A DNA stretch of 64,000 nt, taken from positions 31,806,001 to 31,870,000 of the forward strand of contig NC_043007.1 of NCBI RefSeq assembly GCF_006345805.1, written 5' to 3'. The notes beneath the pieces were generated by a model. It was not told the DNA's origin. It saw only the letters and a list, made by a program, of their open reading frames with translations, and searched no databases. Shown piece by piece: positions 1 to 12,327 of the stretch. Position 1 is the first letter of the stretch. Each line of letters starts with the position of its first letter. The DNA is from Octopus sinensis (taxonomy: Eukaryota). The translations under genes and the position numbers were made by a program.

Positions 1-599
1 AATCCACTGCTTTTAATATCCGTTTCTAACACTGACACAAAGTTAAAATTTGGAAGGTAAGGGTTAGAGGATTGCATCGACTCCAGGGCATCATTAGTTC
101 GTTATTTTATCGACCCCTATCCCAGCCCCGAAAGAATCAAAAACAGCACTTACTTTGATATGATTTGAACGAAACAAATGCCGACCCTGATATCATCATA
201 TTGATAAACAAACAAATATGAAATGTTTGGGAGAGGACAACGTGTTTCTTTATAAACAGGAATAAAAATAAAAATAAAGTATAACGAATTAAGATACTGA
301 TTGACTTCAGCAGCGAAGTAAAAGTCGGTTAAACCCCAATTGTGATTGAAAACATCTGCCCCAAAATATTTTGTTCGACAATACATTATGAAAACTAACA
401 ACAGAGAATGAATTACTTTGTTTTGTTTGAAAGACATTGTAAAAGGCTTCAGGATTATATCTGACAACAATAGCGATAATAAGGATTAAGGCTATTTCAT
501 ACTCTGCTAACTTTGTCTTCCTTGGATTCAAATGACCGATTTCCAAGGAAGTATTTAGGGCACAGGCAACAAACATTACTGCCGCCTCCTACCTCGTGA

Positions 600-607
600 T
601 GACGTCA
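600..607. promoter_or_regulatory. Perfect CRE palindrome TGACGTCA in a repeat-free, relatively GC-rich patch
   Basis: Sequence match only; lies 24 nt from a minus-strand ATG at 576. Confidence 0.3.
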
Positions 608-1209
608 GCAAGAGTTTGCTCTCAGAAATTCCTTTGGAGATATAAGTAAATTGTGTTCAAAGTAAATCGGCTGGGATTACATGGAAAGAGAAAGAGTGCG
701 GGGGAGGAAGATTAAAATGTACTTTAAATGGAAACAATAGGGAATCTCAATCCGACGATTTATAAGTGTATTTATATTTTTTTTAATTACATGGATAAAG
801 ATCACGAATGTTTTGTAATAGCTGCCTCAGTTTTAGAGGTGATAAAAGCCGTGTGCTTTCAATAACGAAACCACAAATGGACATTATACTGTGACACTTT
901 CTGAAACTTAAAAATGTTGTTTCGTCTTTGTATTTGGCTTGTAAGATTCTTGTTGTGAATTTGTGAGTTATGAAGAAGATATAATCACAAATGCAAGCAA
1001 AATATTATTCACATACTTAAAATGCTAACCATGGCGTGGAAGAACCATTTAATAATTTCATCTCTTAATGTCTGTTACTTCTTGGAATGGCCTCAATTAT
1101 ATTCCTTAGATAGCTTAGAATTCTTTTTTCTTGAAAATCTAAAGAATCTTACCGAAGATATATTTCTAGTTCTTTGACTGCTTTTGAAAATGAGTAACAC
1201 TTTTTAATA

Positions 1210-1410
1210 TACATTATTTACATTTGACAGATATTTGACCTCCGGCTGATATACCCGCCAGACTTCATCAGGTGTCTTGGGGGAATTTCGAACCTGGGTT
1301 CTCATTCCTAAGGTATTTTTCGTTGTTGTTGTTGTTATAGGCATAGGAGTGACTGTGTGTTAAGTAGCTTGGTATTATTATTATTATTATTATTATTCAG
1401 GTCACTGCCT
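1210..1410 (-). mobile_element. Truncated copy of the hammerhead-bearing SINE (head lost, GAAACGTT deleted)
   Basis: Near-identical body to 29575-29740 (cttcatcaggtgtcttggg...gaacctgggttctcattcctaaggtattttt...ttcaggtcactgcct). Confidence 0.75.
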
Positions 1411-2003
1411 TTTACGTTTTGAAAAGGGAAAACTTGTTCCCAAATTTTAATTTAAGGAATCTGTTTTTATCTTTTTATTTTTCTGCTTGTTGTTTCAGTT
1501 ATAGGACTGGTGTCCATGCTGGGGCACGTCTTGAAGGATTTGGTCGAACAAATCGATTCCAATTATTAATTTCTTTTAACCTGGTACTGATTCTATTGAT
1601 CTCTTTTTGCTGAATCACTAAGTTACAGTGACATAAACAAACCAACACCGGTTGTCAACCAATAATGGGGTGACAAATACAAATACACACACATACGGCA
1701 GGTTTCCTCACAGTTTCCGTCAACCAAATTTCCTCACAAGGCATTGGTTGATCCACGGCATTTGCCCAAGGTGTCTCGCAGTGGGACTGAAACTGAAATC
1801 ACGTGGTTGCAAAGCTTCTTATGCACAAAGATCCATCTCGACCACAACAACAATAAACACAACAACAAACACAACACACATAACAATAACAAACACTATT
1901 CCTGATGTAATAAATTATTGGTTGTGTATTAATTGTACCTAGATTTTGTATCCAAAATTAATCAACAACCTTGGAAAGAAACAATAGACCGATAAAATAT
2001 TAA

Positions 2004-2004
2004 G

Positions 2005-2038
<34 letters not shown>

Positions 2039-2041
2039 TAT

Positions 2042-2074
<33 letters not shown>

Positions 2075-2095
2075 TATTCACATACATATGCACAC

Positions 2096-2130
<35 letters not shown>

Positions 2131-2330
2131 TATGCACACACACACACATATACACACACATATGCACACACACACACATATGCACACACACACACATATG
2201 CACACACATACACACACAAATACACACACATACACACACACACACAAACCCTTTGTTTACTCTCACCTTTCTTGCCTCCAAACATCTATACACACACAAA
2301 CACACATACACACACACACAACCATACATA
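2004..2330. repeat. Compound (CA)n/(CATA)n microsatellite
   Basis: Direct reading; explains the poly-HT and poly-CV ORFs. Confidence 0.97.
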
Positions 2331-4144
2331 CACAGAGACATAAGGCCAATTCTCAGACAGACGCAGAGCAGACATTGGAACGAGAAGGGAAGTCACTAAG
2401 TCACTGTAAAGGTCGCCAACAGCAACGAAATAGTTTTGACTAACAAACAAGAACTTGATTAATTGTTTAACCAACAAACGATCGATTAGTTAATTGGTTA
2501 GATATGCAACCAATTGACTCAGAATAGAGAAGTGATACTGAACCTGTGCGTGTTATTATTAGCGTAATGACCCTCCCAAGACACAACAAAACTAAGAGAG
2601 GTATGTTTAAATAATAATTCAGTTGACAGACCGAAGACCGGGCAGTAAAACTTTGATCACTACTAGAGTATCTGTGGTTCTGGCATGGATGGATCAATAT
2701 GGTGTTTGACAGAATTTTACTTTAGTGCATTTTAACAGATCATTTAAGTCCCTGTACATAAATGTCGGAAATAGGTACCAGCTAATCTAAGAATTTTATC
2801 TGAGACAGAATGACGTTACCTATAAATGGTTAATCCACATTATTCCTGAAGGAGCATAGAACCAGTTTCCTGGTTTCCCTGGCATTTATATTCTTCCCTG
2901 GATGGGATGCCAGTCCGTCATAAGAGGATTATTCATTTTTGCCAGCTGAGTAGACTGGAGCAATATGAAACGAAGTGTTTTGCTCAAGAATACAATGTAT
3001 CGCCCCACCCAGAAACCAAAACAGCTAAGCCTGTATCTCCGTAAAACTATAGATATCAAGTACGAAGTAAGAAAATAAGTGATTTCGAATTCGTTATTAA
3101 AAATTCTAATTTAATGCATGATATTCATTGAATAATTCTATTAATGGTTATTATTTTGCTGTTAGACGGACACAGTATCCGCTGCTTTTTTAGTTTCAAA
3201 GTATATACAAGCATGTAACACTATTGATCCAACGTGCAATGAGTTCAGCTTCATATAACAAAATAGAGATGTAAAAGAAGAAAAAATTAAGCTAACGCCG
3301 TAGTGTCCTGTCAAAGAGTGGAAGTGTATGTGTGTGTGTGAGTATATCTAAATGCAACTGTATGAAAATCAGATATATGCCTCGTATAATTTTAAATATT
3401 GTAAACATAGATATGTACGTATATACATACATACATACATCGTGAACTCTCCTATCGAAGACAACAGATGAGTTCTCTGCAATTTCTTACTGAACGACCG
3501 GCACAGATGATTTGCTTACATGGTCAAATGGTTGTGCTGTATATTAGCTCAGCCCTGCCATTAAGCCTCTCCTTTGCCTGTACAGGTGCACGGGGTGTGC
3601 CACATGTCAGATGTCAAAACGATCGCAGAGCAACGTGAAATGAAGTGCTTTGCTCATGAACACAACGCACCGCCTGCTCCAGGAATTGAACCCACGATCT
3701 CACGACCGTGAGTGCAACATCCTATCCACAGGGCTACACACCCTAACATCCATCTATCCATCCATCCATTAATACATACATACATATATGCGTACATGCA
3801 TGCATGCATACATATATACGTGCGCATACCCATGCACACACACACACATATGTTGTAAAATCCGCAGAAGAAGTACGGTGAACTTGCCATGGTTAAGTCA
3901 CAAATCCAACGTTTCGGACAAAGTCCTTCTTCACTAAAAAGATGACAACAAAAAAATTAATGACAATCAGCGAAGTTTTACGTCCTCAGCTGCCTCTCAA
4001 TAATTCTTCTCTTGTTTACATTTCCCTGAAGAAGGACTCTGTCTGAAAGTTTGGATTTTTCACTCCCCACAGCAACTTCACCAGACTGCTTTTGGCGAAT
4101 TTACCATATAATACAAGGCTTTCAGAACCAACTCACCGATTTTT

Positions 4145-4203
4145 TTATATACGTGTGTGTAGGTATGTATGGGTACATGTATATGTGTGTGTGGGTATGT
4201 ATG

Positions 4204-4266
<63 letters not shown>

Positions 4267-4326
4267 ATATAATATATATATATATATATGTGTATATATA
4301 TATATATATATAATATATATATATAT

Positions 4327-4404
<78 letters not shown>

Positions 4405-4450
4405 TATATATATATGTATATATATGTATATATACGGGTATGTATGTATG
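4145..4450. repeat. (TA)n microsatellite
   Basis: Direct reading; explains the poly-IY ORFs. Confidence 0.97.
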
Positions 4451-4911
4451 TTGAGACAAGTGACTCTCAACTGTCAGTAAAATGGGTTTCATAAGTTTTA
4501 AGTTTTAACATTGAACAAAGACCGAAGTTTAATCCCAAAACAACAAATCAGATGTCAGACTCTATTCGGTAAAATTCGGAACAACAAAAACTCTAGTAGC
4601 AGCAGCAAAATCGAACTAACGAGGCTGCCAAACAGACAGACAGATGATCATAGCTGGAATCCTTTCGATAAGCCTGTCTTATCAGGACTAACGTAGAGTC
4701 AAAAACAACAACAACAACAACAATGTTATATTCTGTCATCATATGACTAGCTATAGCCATACATTTGTGATAATACAGGTTGCTGTGTGATTCTAATTTC
4801 CTTTTCATAATATTTGTTAAATTCTAACAATTAGTAACAATGTGTGTGTGTGTGTGTGTGTGTTACAAATAATCTAAGAGTTGAAGAGATAAGATTGTAT
4901 GCTTCTAACCT

Positions 4912-4928
4912 ATTTATTATTATTATTA

Positions 4929-4976
<48 letters not shown>

Positions 4977-5110
4977 CATTATTATTATTATTATTATTAT
5001 CATCATTATTATTATTATAATTATTATCATCATCATTATTATTATTATTATAATTATTATCATCATCATTAATATTATTATTATAATTATTATCATCATC
5101 ATCATCATCA

Positions 5111-5163
<53 letters not shown>
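4912..5163. repeat. (ATT)n/(ATC)n microsatellite
   Basis: Direct reading; similar tracts at 5712-5896 and 6445-6583. Confidence 0.97.
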
Positions 5164-5710
5164 GAGTGAGAGAGCAGTGCATGCCATCAAAGTGATACTG
5201 GGGTAAAATATACGAAGCCCAGTATACCCATCATGACTACCCGTCTGATAAGGATACACTAGGCACATGCATCACAACCATATGTGCGCGACATGGTGAT
5301 CTCATATCAAGATAAACAGCACATGACCTTGCAGGTGGGGCCCAGTTAGAATTTTCTTCTGGTCGAGTAACCCATCCCGCTCAAAAGGACCCTGAATAAG
5401 GATTGTTTAAGGATGTTGAACGAACCACCCATGTTTCCAGAGGTGAATTATTCAAACCTCCAAGAATTCCTTTCAACACATGGCTGTGATGCTCCCCCAC
5501 TACTTCTGCTCATGATCAGAGATGCACATACCGTCAGTCACTAAAGTCAACTGATTAAGGTCAAATAACTGACAAGCAAATCTGTGGTATTGAGCAGAAT
5601 ATTTGCTGTAGCCCATCTTTTATACCTCGACAAAACAATGTACATGATAACACTTCCAATCAGCTGAGATCAGAAGCCATGAGAGACACTACCTGGTACT
5701 GTGTCAGGGC

Positions 5711-5711
<1 letters not shown>
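5164..5711 (-). mobile_element. 548-bp non-coding element embedded in (ATT)n microsatellite, copy 1
   Basis: Near-identical to 5897-6444; (AAT)n on both flanks; no ORF. Confidence 0.7.
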
Positions 5712-5746
<35 letters not shown>

Positions 5747-5896
5747 TACCATCATCATCATCATCATCATCATTATTATTATTTATTATTATTATTATCA
5801 TCATTATTATTATTATTATAATTATTATCATCATCATCATCATCATTATATTATTATTATTATTATTATTATTATATTATTATTATTATTATTATT

Positions 5897-6443
5897 GAGT
5901 GAGAGAGCAGTGCATGCCATCAAAGTGACACTGGGGTAAAATATACGAAGCCCAGTATACCCATCATGACTACCCGTCTGATAAGGATACACTAGGCACA
6001 TGCATCACAACCATATGTGCGCGACATGGTGATCTCATATCAAGATAAACAGCACATGACCTTGCAGGTGGGGCCCAGTTAGAATTTTCTTCTGGTCGAG
6101 TAACCCATCCCGCTCAAAAGGTCCCTGAATAAGGATTGTTTAAGGATGTTGAACGAACCACCCATGTTTCCAGAGGTGAATTATTCAAACCTCCAAGAAT
6201 TCCTTTCAACACATGGCTGTGATGCTCCCCCACTACTTCTGCTCATGATCAGAGATGCACATACCGTCAGTCACTAAAGTCAACTGATTAAGGTCAAATA
6301 ACTGACAAGCAAATCTGTGGTATTGAGAAGAATACTTGCTGTAGCCCATCTTTTATACCAAGACAAAACAATGTACATGATAACACTTCCAATCAGCTGA
6401 GATCAGAAGCCATGAGAGACACTGCCTGGTACTGTGTCAGGGC

Positions 6444-6444
<1 letters not shown>
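5897..6444 (-). mobile_element. 548-bp (ATT)n-embedded element, copy 2 (tandem, period 733 bp)
   Basis: About 7 substitutions versus copy 1 by eye. Confidence 0.7.
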
Positions 6445-6479
<35 letters not shown>

Positions 6480-6553
6480 TACCATCATCATCATCATCAT
6501 CATTATTATTATTATTATTACCGTCATCATCATCATTATCCTTATCATTATTA

Positions 6554-6584
<31 letters not shown>

Positions 6585-7059
6585 GGTGGCGGGCAGTCAA
6601 AATCATTATGTATACACACACACACACACACACAACACAACACATCAGTGATATTGACATAACTACAGAACGGTACACTTCACACACACACATACAATGT
6701 TGAATTTGTTTCCTCATAACTGTAATTTACATCATTAAAGTGCATGAGGAAACAAAGTGGAGGTGAGTGAATTATTCGGAACTTATCGCCCTCCCCACCT
6801 CTGAAAATGTTTTTTACAAAAATGGAGAAATTCCCACTCGATCGTAATCCACATCAGCCAAAGAAAATTTCATTACACAATATTTTAAAACATAGACACA
6901 GGAGTAGCTGTGTGGTAAGTAGCTTGCTTACCAACCACATGGTTCCGGGTTCTGTCCCACTGCATGACACCTTGGGAAAATATCTTCTACTATTGCCTTG
7001 GGCCGACCAAAGCCTTGTGAGTGGATTTGGTAGATGGAAACTGAAAGAAGCCTGTCGTT

Positions 7060-7110
<51 letters not shown>

Positions 7111-8926
7111 GTTTGTGTGTCTGTGTTTGTCACAACCGATGCTGGTGTGTTTACATCTCCGTAACTTAGCGGTTCGGCAAAAGATACTGCTAGAATAAGT
7201 ACTAGGCTTACAAAGAATAAGTTCTGGCGTCGATTTGCTCAACTAAAGGTGGTGTTCCAGCATGGCTGCAGTCAAATGACTGAAACAAGTAAAGGGGTAA
7301 AATATCCACTTTTCAGAAAGCCATACTGAAACAAATTCAGGGGCATACTTCTGTAGTTATGCCCGTGATATTTATAGGTTTAAAAAGACTGGCTCCTATT
7401 TTATGAAACTCCAGGTGGATGAAGAGTAAATCGACTCAGAAAATTTAAACTTAAAACTTAGAGGATTAAAACAAAAACCATATAGTTAAGTATTCGACCA
7501 TTTCTGCCAAAACAACAAAGCCAAAATCGAAAGCGACCATTCCTGAAATCAATTAATAGAAGAACGGAACAAAATACCGTAGAGTAACACAGTAGAATCC
7601 AAGGAGACTTGTGGTGATTTGCAGAGATCAATAGAAAAAAAAAGTGTTGTTCAACTAGTGGAATAAACTTCAGTCATTCAGAAGTAAGGAGTAATAACGT
7701 TTCGGTCAGAAGTTTTTCTTCATGTTTCTGAAGTCTTCTTTCTTTCGCGATTCTCTATCAATTTTATCCGGCATGAGTATTTAATTTCTTTCCAACTAAG
7801 GAGTTTTGTCCGAAATGTTAAGGCTTCTCTTCATCTTCACAGCTTAAAAATTATTTTACTGTTTGAAAATTGTTTAAAGTTCCGTAGTGTTAAATGCCGT
7901 TCCTGACACTTCGGCGCCCCGTTCGAACATGCAGATGGTTATGACGATGACAACGAATGATCATGTTCAACAATAGAAACACGCGTAGAAAAACAATAAA
8001 ATAAAAAAAAAAAAAAATAAACAAAGAATAAATTAACAAAAATAAAAATGGATTTTCTAGAATGTAAATATTTACCTTTTGAATTATACATTTTCGGTGG
8101 TTGGTGGTACTCATAGGCTTTTCAAGTAGTTTTTGTTAGAGAACAGAACACTTATGTGTCAAAGCAAGATTCACCAAATGTGTCTGATCAGAGACGGCGG
8201 CAACTGGTAGAATTTCACTGTTACTTTGATGGGCTGTGCGTCGTGAGTGATGTAAATATTTATTTTCTAGCAACCAATAAGAATAATTTGACCGGGTCAA
8301 AGTTGATAAACTGGTGATTAACAGAAAGAGAGGAAAATTTTTTATTTTAAAAGTAACTATCACAATCATATAAACAATCAATAAAATAATAATAACAATA
8401 ACAACAAAATGATAACTGTTGATAACAAAACTTGTAGATAGCAAATTAACATTTACTAATTTTTCTGGTTATAATATATTTTTTTTTTTTTTTTACGGAA
8501 GGCGGTAAAGTTGTTGATAATTTGCATAGAAGTGATTGGTTCGTTTTTTGAAATCGAAATCAAAGCCATTTAAAAGCGTGCTCGTCGCGTGTGTATGTGC
8601 GCGCGCGTGTGTGTATAAATGTGTGTTTATGTGCACAAGTGTTCGCGTGTGTATGTGTGAATATATACACACACACATATATATATATAAGTGTGTGTGT
8701 GTGTGTTAGTCTGTATCTTTCTGTTAGTCATTGATTGTGCATAATATTCACTTCAACGGGTTTACATGCCTCTCTTTTTCTCTCTCTCTCTCTCTTTCAC
8801 TTTCTCTTTCCCACTCTTTCTCTCTCTATCTATCTTTCTGTTATGGTCTTTCTCTTGGTATATGTGTGTGCGTGTGTGCTGTCATGCTCGCATATGTTTG
8901 TGTAACTACGGAGTTATTCCCTAGGC

Positions 8927-9145
8927 CAGTGGTTTTCAACCAGGGTTCCGCGGGACCTTAGGGTTCCGCCAGTACAGTGCAGGGGTTCCGCAAGAAGTTA
9001 CAAAACTGCTAAAATCGGCCGTAATTTTTAATTCTCCTGTGCAGATATGTGTGCATAAGACCATTAAATTATTGCACAGGGGTTCCTCGAGCCAGTGGAA
9101 TGTTTCCTTGGGGTTCCGCTCCAGCAAAAAGTTTGAAAAGCACTG
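8927..9145. mobile_element. hAT (Charlie-type) MITE
   Basis: TIRs CAGTGGTTTTCAA / TTGAAAAGCACTG, perfect 8-bp TSD CCCTAGGC (8919-8926, 9146-9153). Confidence 0.88.
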
Positions 9146-9290
9146 CCCTAGGCTCACGCGTTGTTCCCTTAGGCCCTGATCGAAAAATTCTATACCGAAA
9201 AGCATTCCAGCCATGATCAACCAGTTTTATTTATCTTCCTTTGCATTTCTAAAAAGTGTCTTCCCTCTTTATAAATGGTAAGATGTGAGC

Positions 9291-9580
9291 TGTGGAGGCG
9301 TAATGGCCCAGTGGTTAGGGCAGCGGACTCACGGTCGGAGGATCGCGGTTTCGATTCCCAGACCGGACGTTGCATGTGTTTATTGAGCTAAAGCTCCACG
9401 AGGCTCCGTCAGGGGTTCGTGGCGACCCCTGTTGTACTCTTTCACCCCAACTTTCTCTCGCTCTTTCTTCCTGAATAACGCTGCGATGGACTGGCGTCCC
9501 GTCCAGCTGGGGGGGGGGGACACATACGCCACAGAAACCGGGAAACCGGGCCCATGAGCCTGGCTAGGCTTGAAAAGGGC
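9291..9580 (+). mobile_element. SINE family C (tRNA head plus V-domain-like segment)
   Basis: TGGCCCAGTGGTTAGG...GGTTTCGATTCCC head, CTGCGATGGACTGGCGTCCCGTCCAG segment. Other copies 10545-10830(+), 14995-15270(+), 58040-58285(-). Confidence 0.8.
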
Positions 9581-9932
9581 GTATTTTTAGCAAGTTGTGT
9601 GACCATACAGTGGATTCCACATTATTTGCGGTAGATCTATACAAGTGCACCCACCCGACTTTCAGAAAATGGATATTTCTTTTATCGAAATTTCCTACGA
9701 ATACCTTACAGACGTGACTGTGTGGTTGAGTAGCTTACTTTTCAACCATGTGGCCTTATGTTCACTCCACGGCCGAATTAAGACCCATAGTGGAAATTTC
9801 ACCGGTCAGTGTGTTACATTATAAGGCCCAAAAAGAAAATGACTCTCCCCAGGCACAACAGAATATGCTTCAACACACGAACTCATATAAAGAATCTTGC
9901 AAACCAAATCCAAAAACGAAAATATGTAAAAG

Positions 9933-9978
<46 letters not shown>

Positions 9979-11109
9979 TATCTTCCATACGGTGTAAATT
10001 CCGATTATATTGGAATTTGTTGTCAAAATTATTTTCGTGGAAGTGGGAAGTTTCGGATACCTGACACGAGTCGACTTTCTTTCCTCCTAACTTTCAGAAA
10101 AATGGGTATTTGGTAATGAAATTTTCTTCAAATACCCTTCAGAAAGCGAGATAACGATTTTATCGGAATGTAAAAGTGAAAATTAAACACACATTAATAC
10201 ATTCTGACGAACATCATATAATTTTGTAGTTTCATTTTCTAGATACATTCGTGATACGTATCAGTGTGTATATTCCCGGCCACCATTCTTTCTTTTGTTT
10301 TTCTTTTGACATTAAATTCAATATAATCATAATTTACACAATCTAATAGGGATTTGGAGAAAATTTCGTTGAAAACTATCCATTTTTCTGAAAGTTATAA
10401 AGAAACAAAGTCGGTATATGCGACTCATTTGTGCTGTAGTCTTAAGTTCCATATCAACAAATGTTCATGTACGTTTAGTAGAAAGTTTCTCGTTTCTTTG
10501 AATAACCTCATAATTATTTATATATAATTAATTCCACCAATGGTGAAAGCACATGGGCTAGTGGTTAGGGCAGTGGACTCGCGGTCGAGGGATCGCGGGT
10601 TCGAATGTGTGTGTTTATGAGCAAAACGCCTAAACTCCACGCGGTTCCAGCAGAAGGTAATGGCCGGAATTCTGCTGACTCTTTCGCCACAACTTTCTCT
10701 CACTCTTTCCTCTTGCAGCTCACCTGTGACGGACAGGCGTCCCGTCGAAGTGCGGAATCTATATCAGCCGGGCATGGCATGCCCTAATGAGTCACGCATG
10801 GCTTGAGAAGGAACAAACAATTCCTTCAATAAAAACTATCTCGCCATTCATTATGTATCAATATTGCTTATTGACTAAAAATTACGCGAAAAAAAATCAG
10901 GAAGTCGTTTTTTTTTTCGTTCTTTTCTATATGCAAGTAAATTTAACACGGATCCGCCTAAGAGCTTTCGACTCTATTCTGCACATTTGTGTGTGTATGT
11001 GTTGTTGGCAAGGACACTGTATTTTGTTTTGCAACCATAATTTACAGCCAAGTCAATATTAAGTTTTATCTTTATAGGAAATCCATAAACTTAAAAGTGA
11101 ATATATATA

Positions 11110-11140
<31 letters not shown>

Positions 11141-11167
11141 GTATATGTGTGTATATATATATGTATA

Positions 11168-11200
<33 letters not shown>

Positions 11201-11924
11201 TTATGTGTGTATATATATATATATACATATATATACACACACACATGCACACAAATGGAACAAAAACGCAATAGAGGTCATTAAAACGTTCGGACAGATA
11301 GACAATTCAAAGGCGGACAAGAGAAACAACAATTAGAAGGGCAGGCGAGCTGGCAGAAACGTTAGCACGCCGAGCGAATTTCGTCTGCCGTTAGTTCCGA
11401 GTTCAAATTCCGCCGAGGTCGACTTTGCACATAAGGCCTCAAATTTAGGGGAAGGGAGTAATTCGATTTCATCGACCCCAGCGTGTAACTGGTACTTATT
11501 TAATTGACCCGAAAGGATGAAAGGTAAAGTCGACCTCGGTGGAATTTGAACTCAGAACCTAGCGGCGGGCGAAATATTGCTAAGCATTTCGTCCAGCATG
11601 CTAACGATTCTGCCAACTCGTCGCCATGAATAACAATAATAATAATAATCCTTTGTACTATTGACACAAGGCCTGAAATTTGGTGGGAGGGGACTAGTTG
11701 TTTACATCGACCTCAGGGCTTCGCTGGTACTTAATTTATCGACTCCGAAAAGATGAAAGACAAATTTAACGTGGGCGGAATTTGAACTGAGAATGTAAAG
11801 GTGGACGAAATTACGCCAAGCACTTTGGCCGGTGTGCCAACGATCCGGCCAGCTCGCAGAATAAGTACCTATCAGAGGCATTGAATTTGCGGAACAGTTC
11901 AAGAGTTGGATTGAACTTAATACC

Positions 11925-12327
11925 GGATCTTTTCGGTTTGAACGACAGTTTTTCTAGCGGTGTCATATGCAATTGTCACCCATAATTATGACCCTAGTAT
12001 CGATCTATTGCATCTCAATCTGTTTTAGGGTTAGGGGTGGAGGAAGGGTATCTTTTTTTCTTCAGAAATGTAAATAAACCCAATCTGTTTCTTAAACGAG
12101 GACATATTCATACGGCACAGAATGTTTTTTTTTACCTCAATAGACGTCATTGATTGGTAGAAATTGAAGAAAAAAAACAACAAATATCTTACAAACTATA
12201 GAATTTTCTCAATAAAGCCAAGAGAAAAAGATGTTTTATAAACACATTCTACCAGTATACGAAGTTTAAAAGTGTTTAGTTACGTGGAAATTATTTTAAA
12301 AAACTGCCGTTCAAACCGAAAAGATCC
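11925..12327. mobile_element. MITE with GG-starting ~28-bp TIRs and 8-bp TSD (Merlin-like)
   Basis: TIR GGATCTTTTCGGTTTGAACGACAGTTTT matched at the right end (one mismatch), perfect TSD TTAATACC (11917-11924, 12328-12335). Superfamily inferred from GG termini plus 8-bp TSD. Confidence 0.8.

Noticed and set aside
5164-5711. Ribozyme fold at the end of the (ATT)n-embedded element
   Set aside because: Only a small imperfect hairpin (GCCCTG...CCAGG); no hammerhead core or HDV pseudoknot found by eye
1939-6717. Many ORFs of poly-CV, HT, IY, N or I type
   Set aside because: They are translations of dinucleotide and trinucleotide microsatellites that lack stops in some frames; the same applies to similar ORFs elsewhere in the window
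9291-9370. tRNA-like sequences in SINE heads as tRNA genes
   Set aside because: They lack a closed acceptor stem and continue into repeat bodies
11990-12040. TTAGGG as a telomeric remnant
   Set aside because: Fewer than two full units, and it lies inside a MITE
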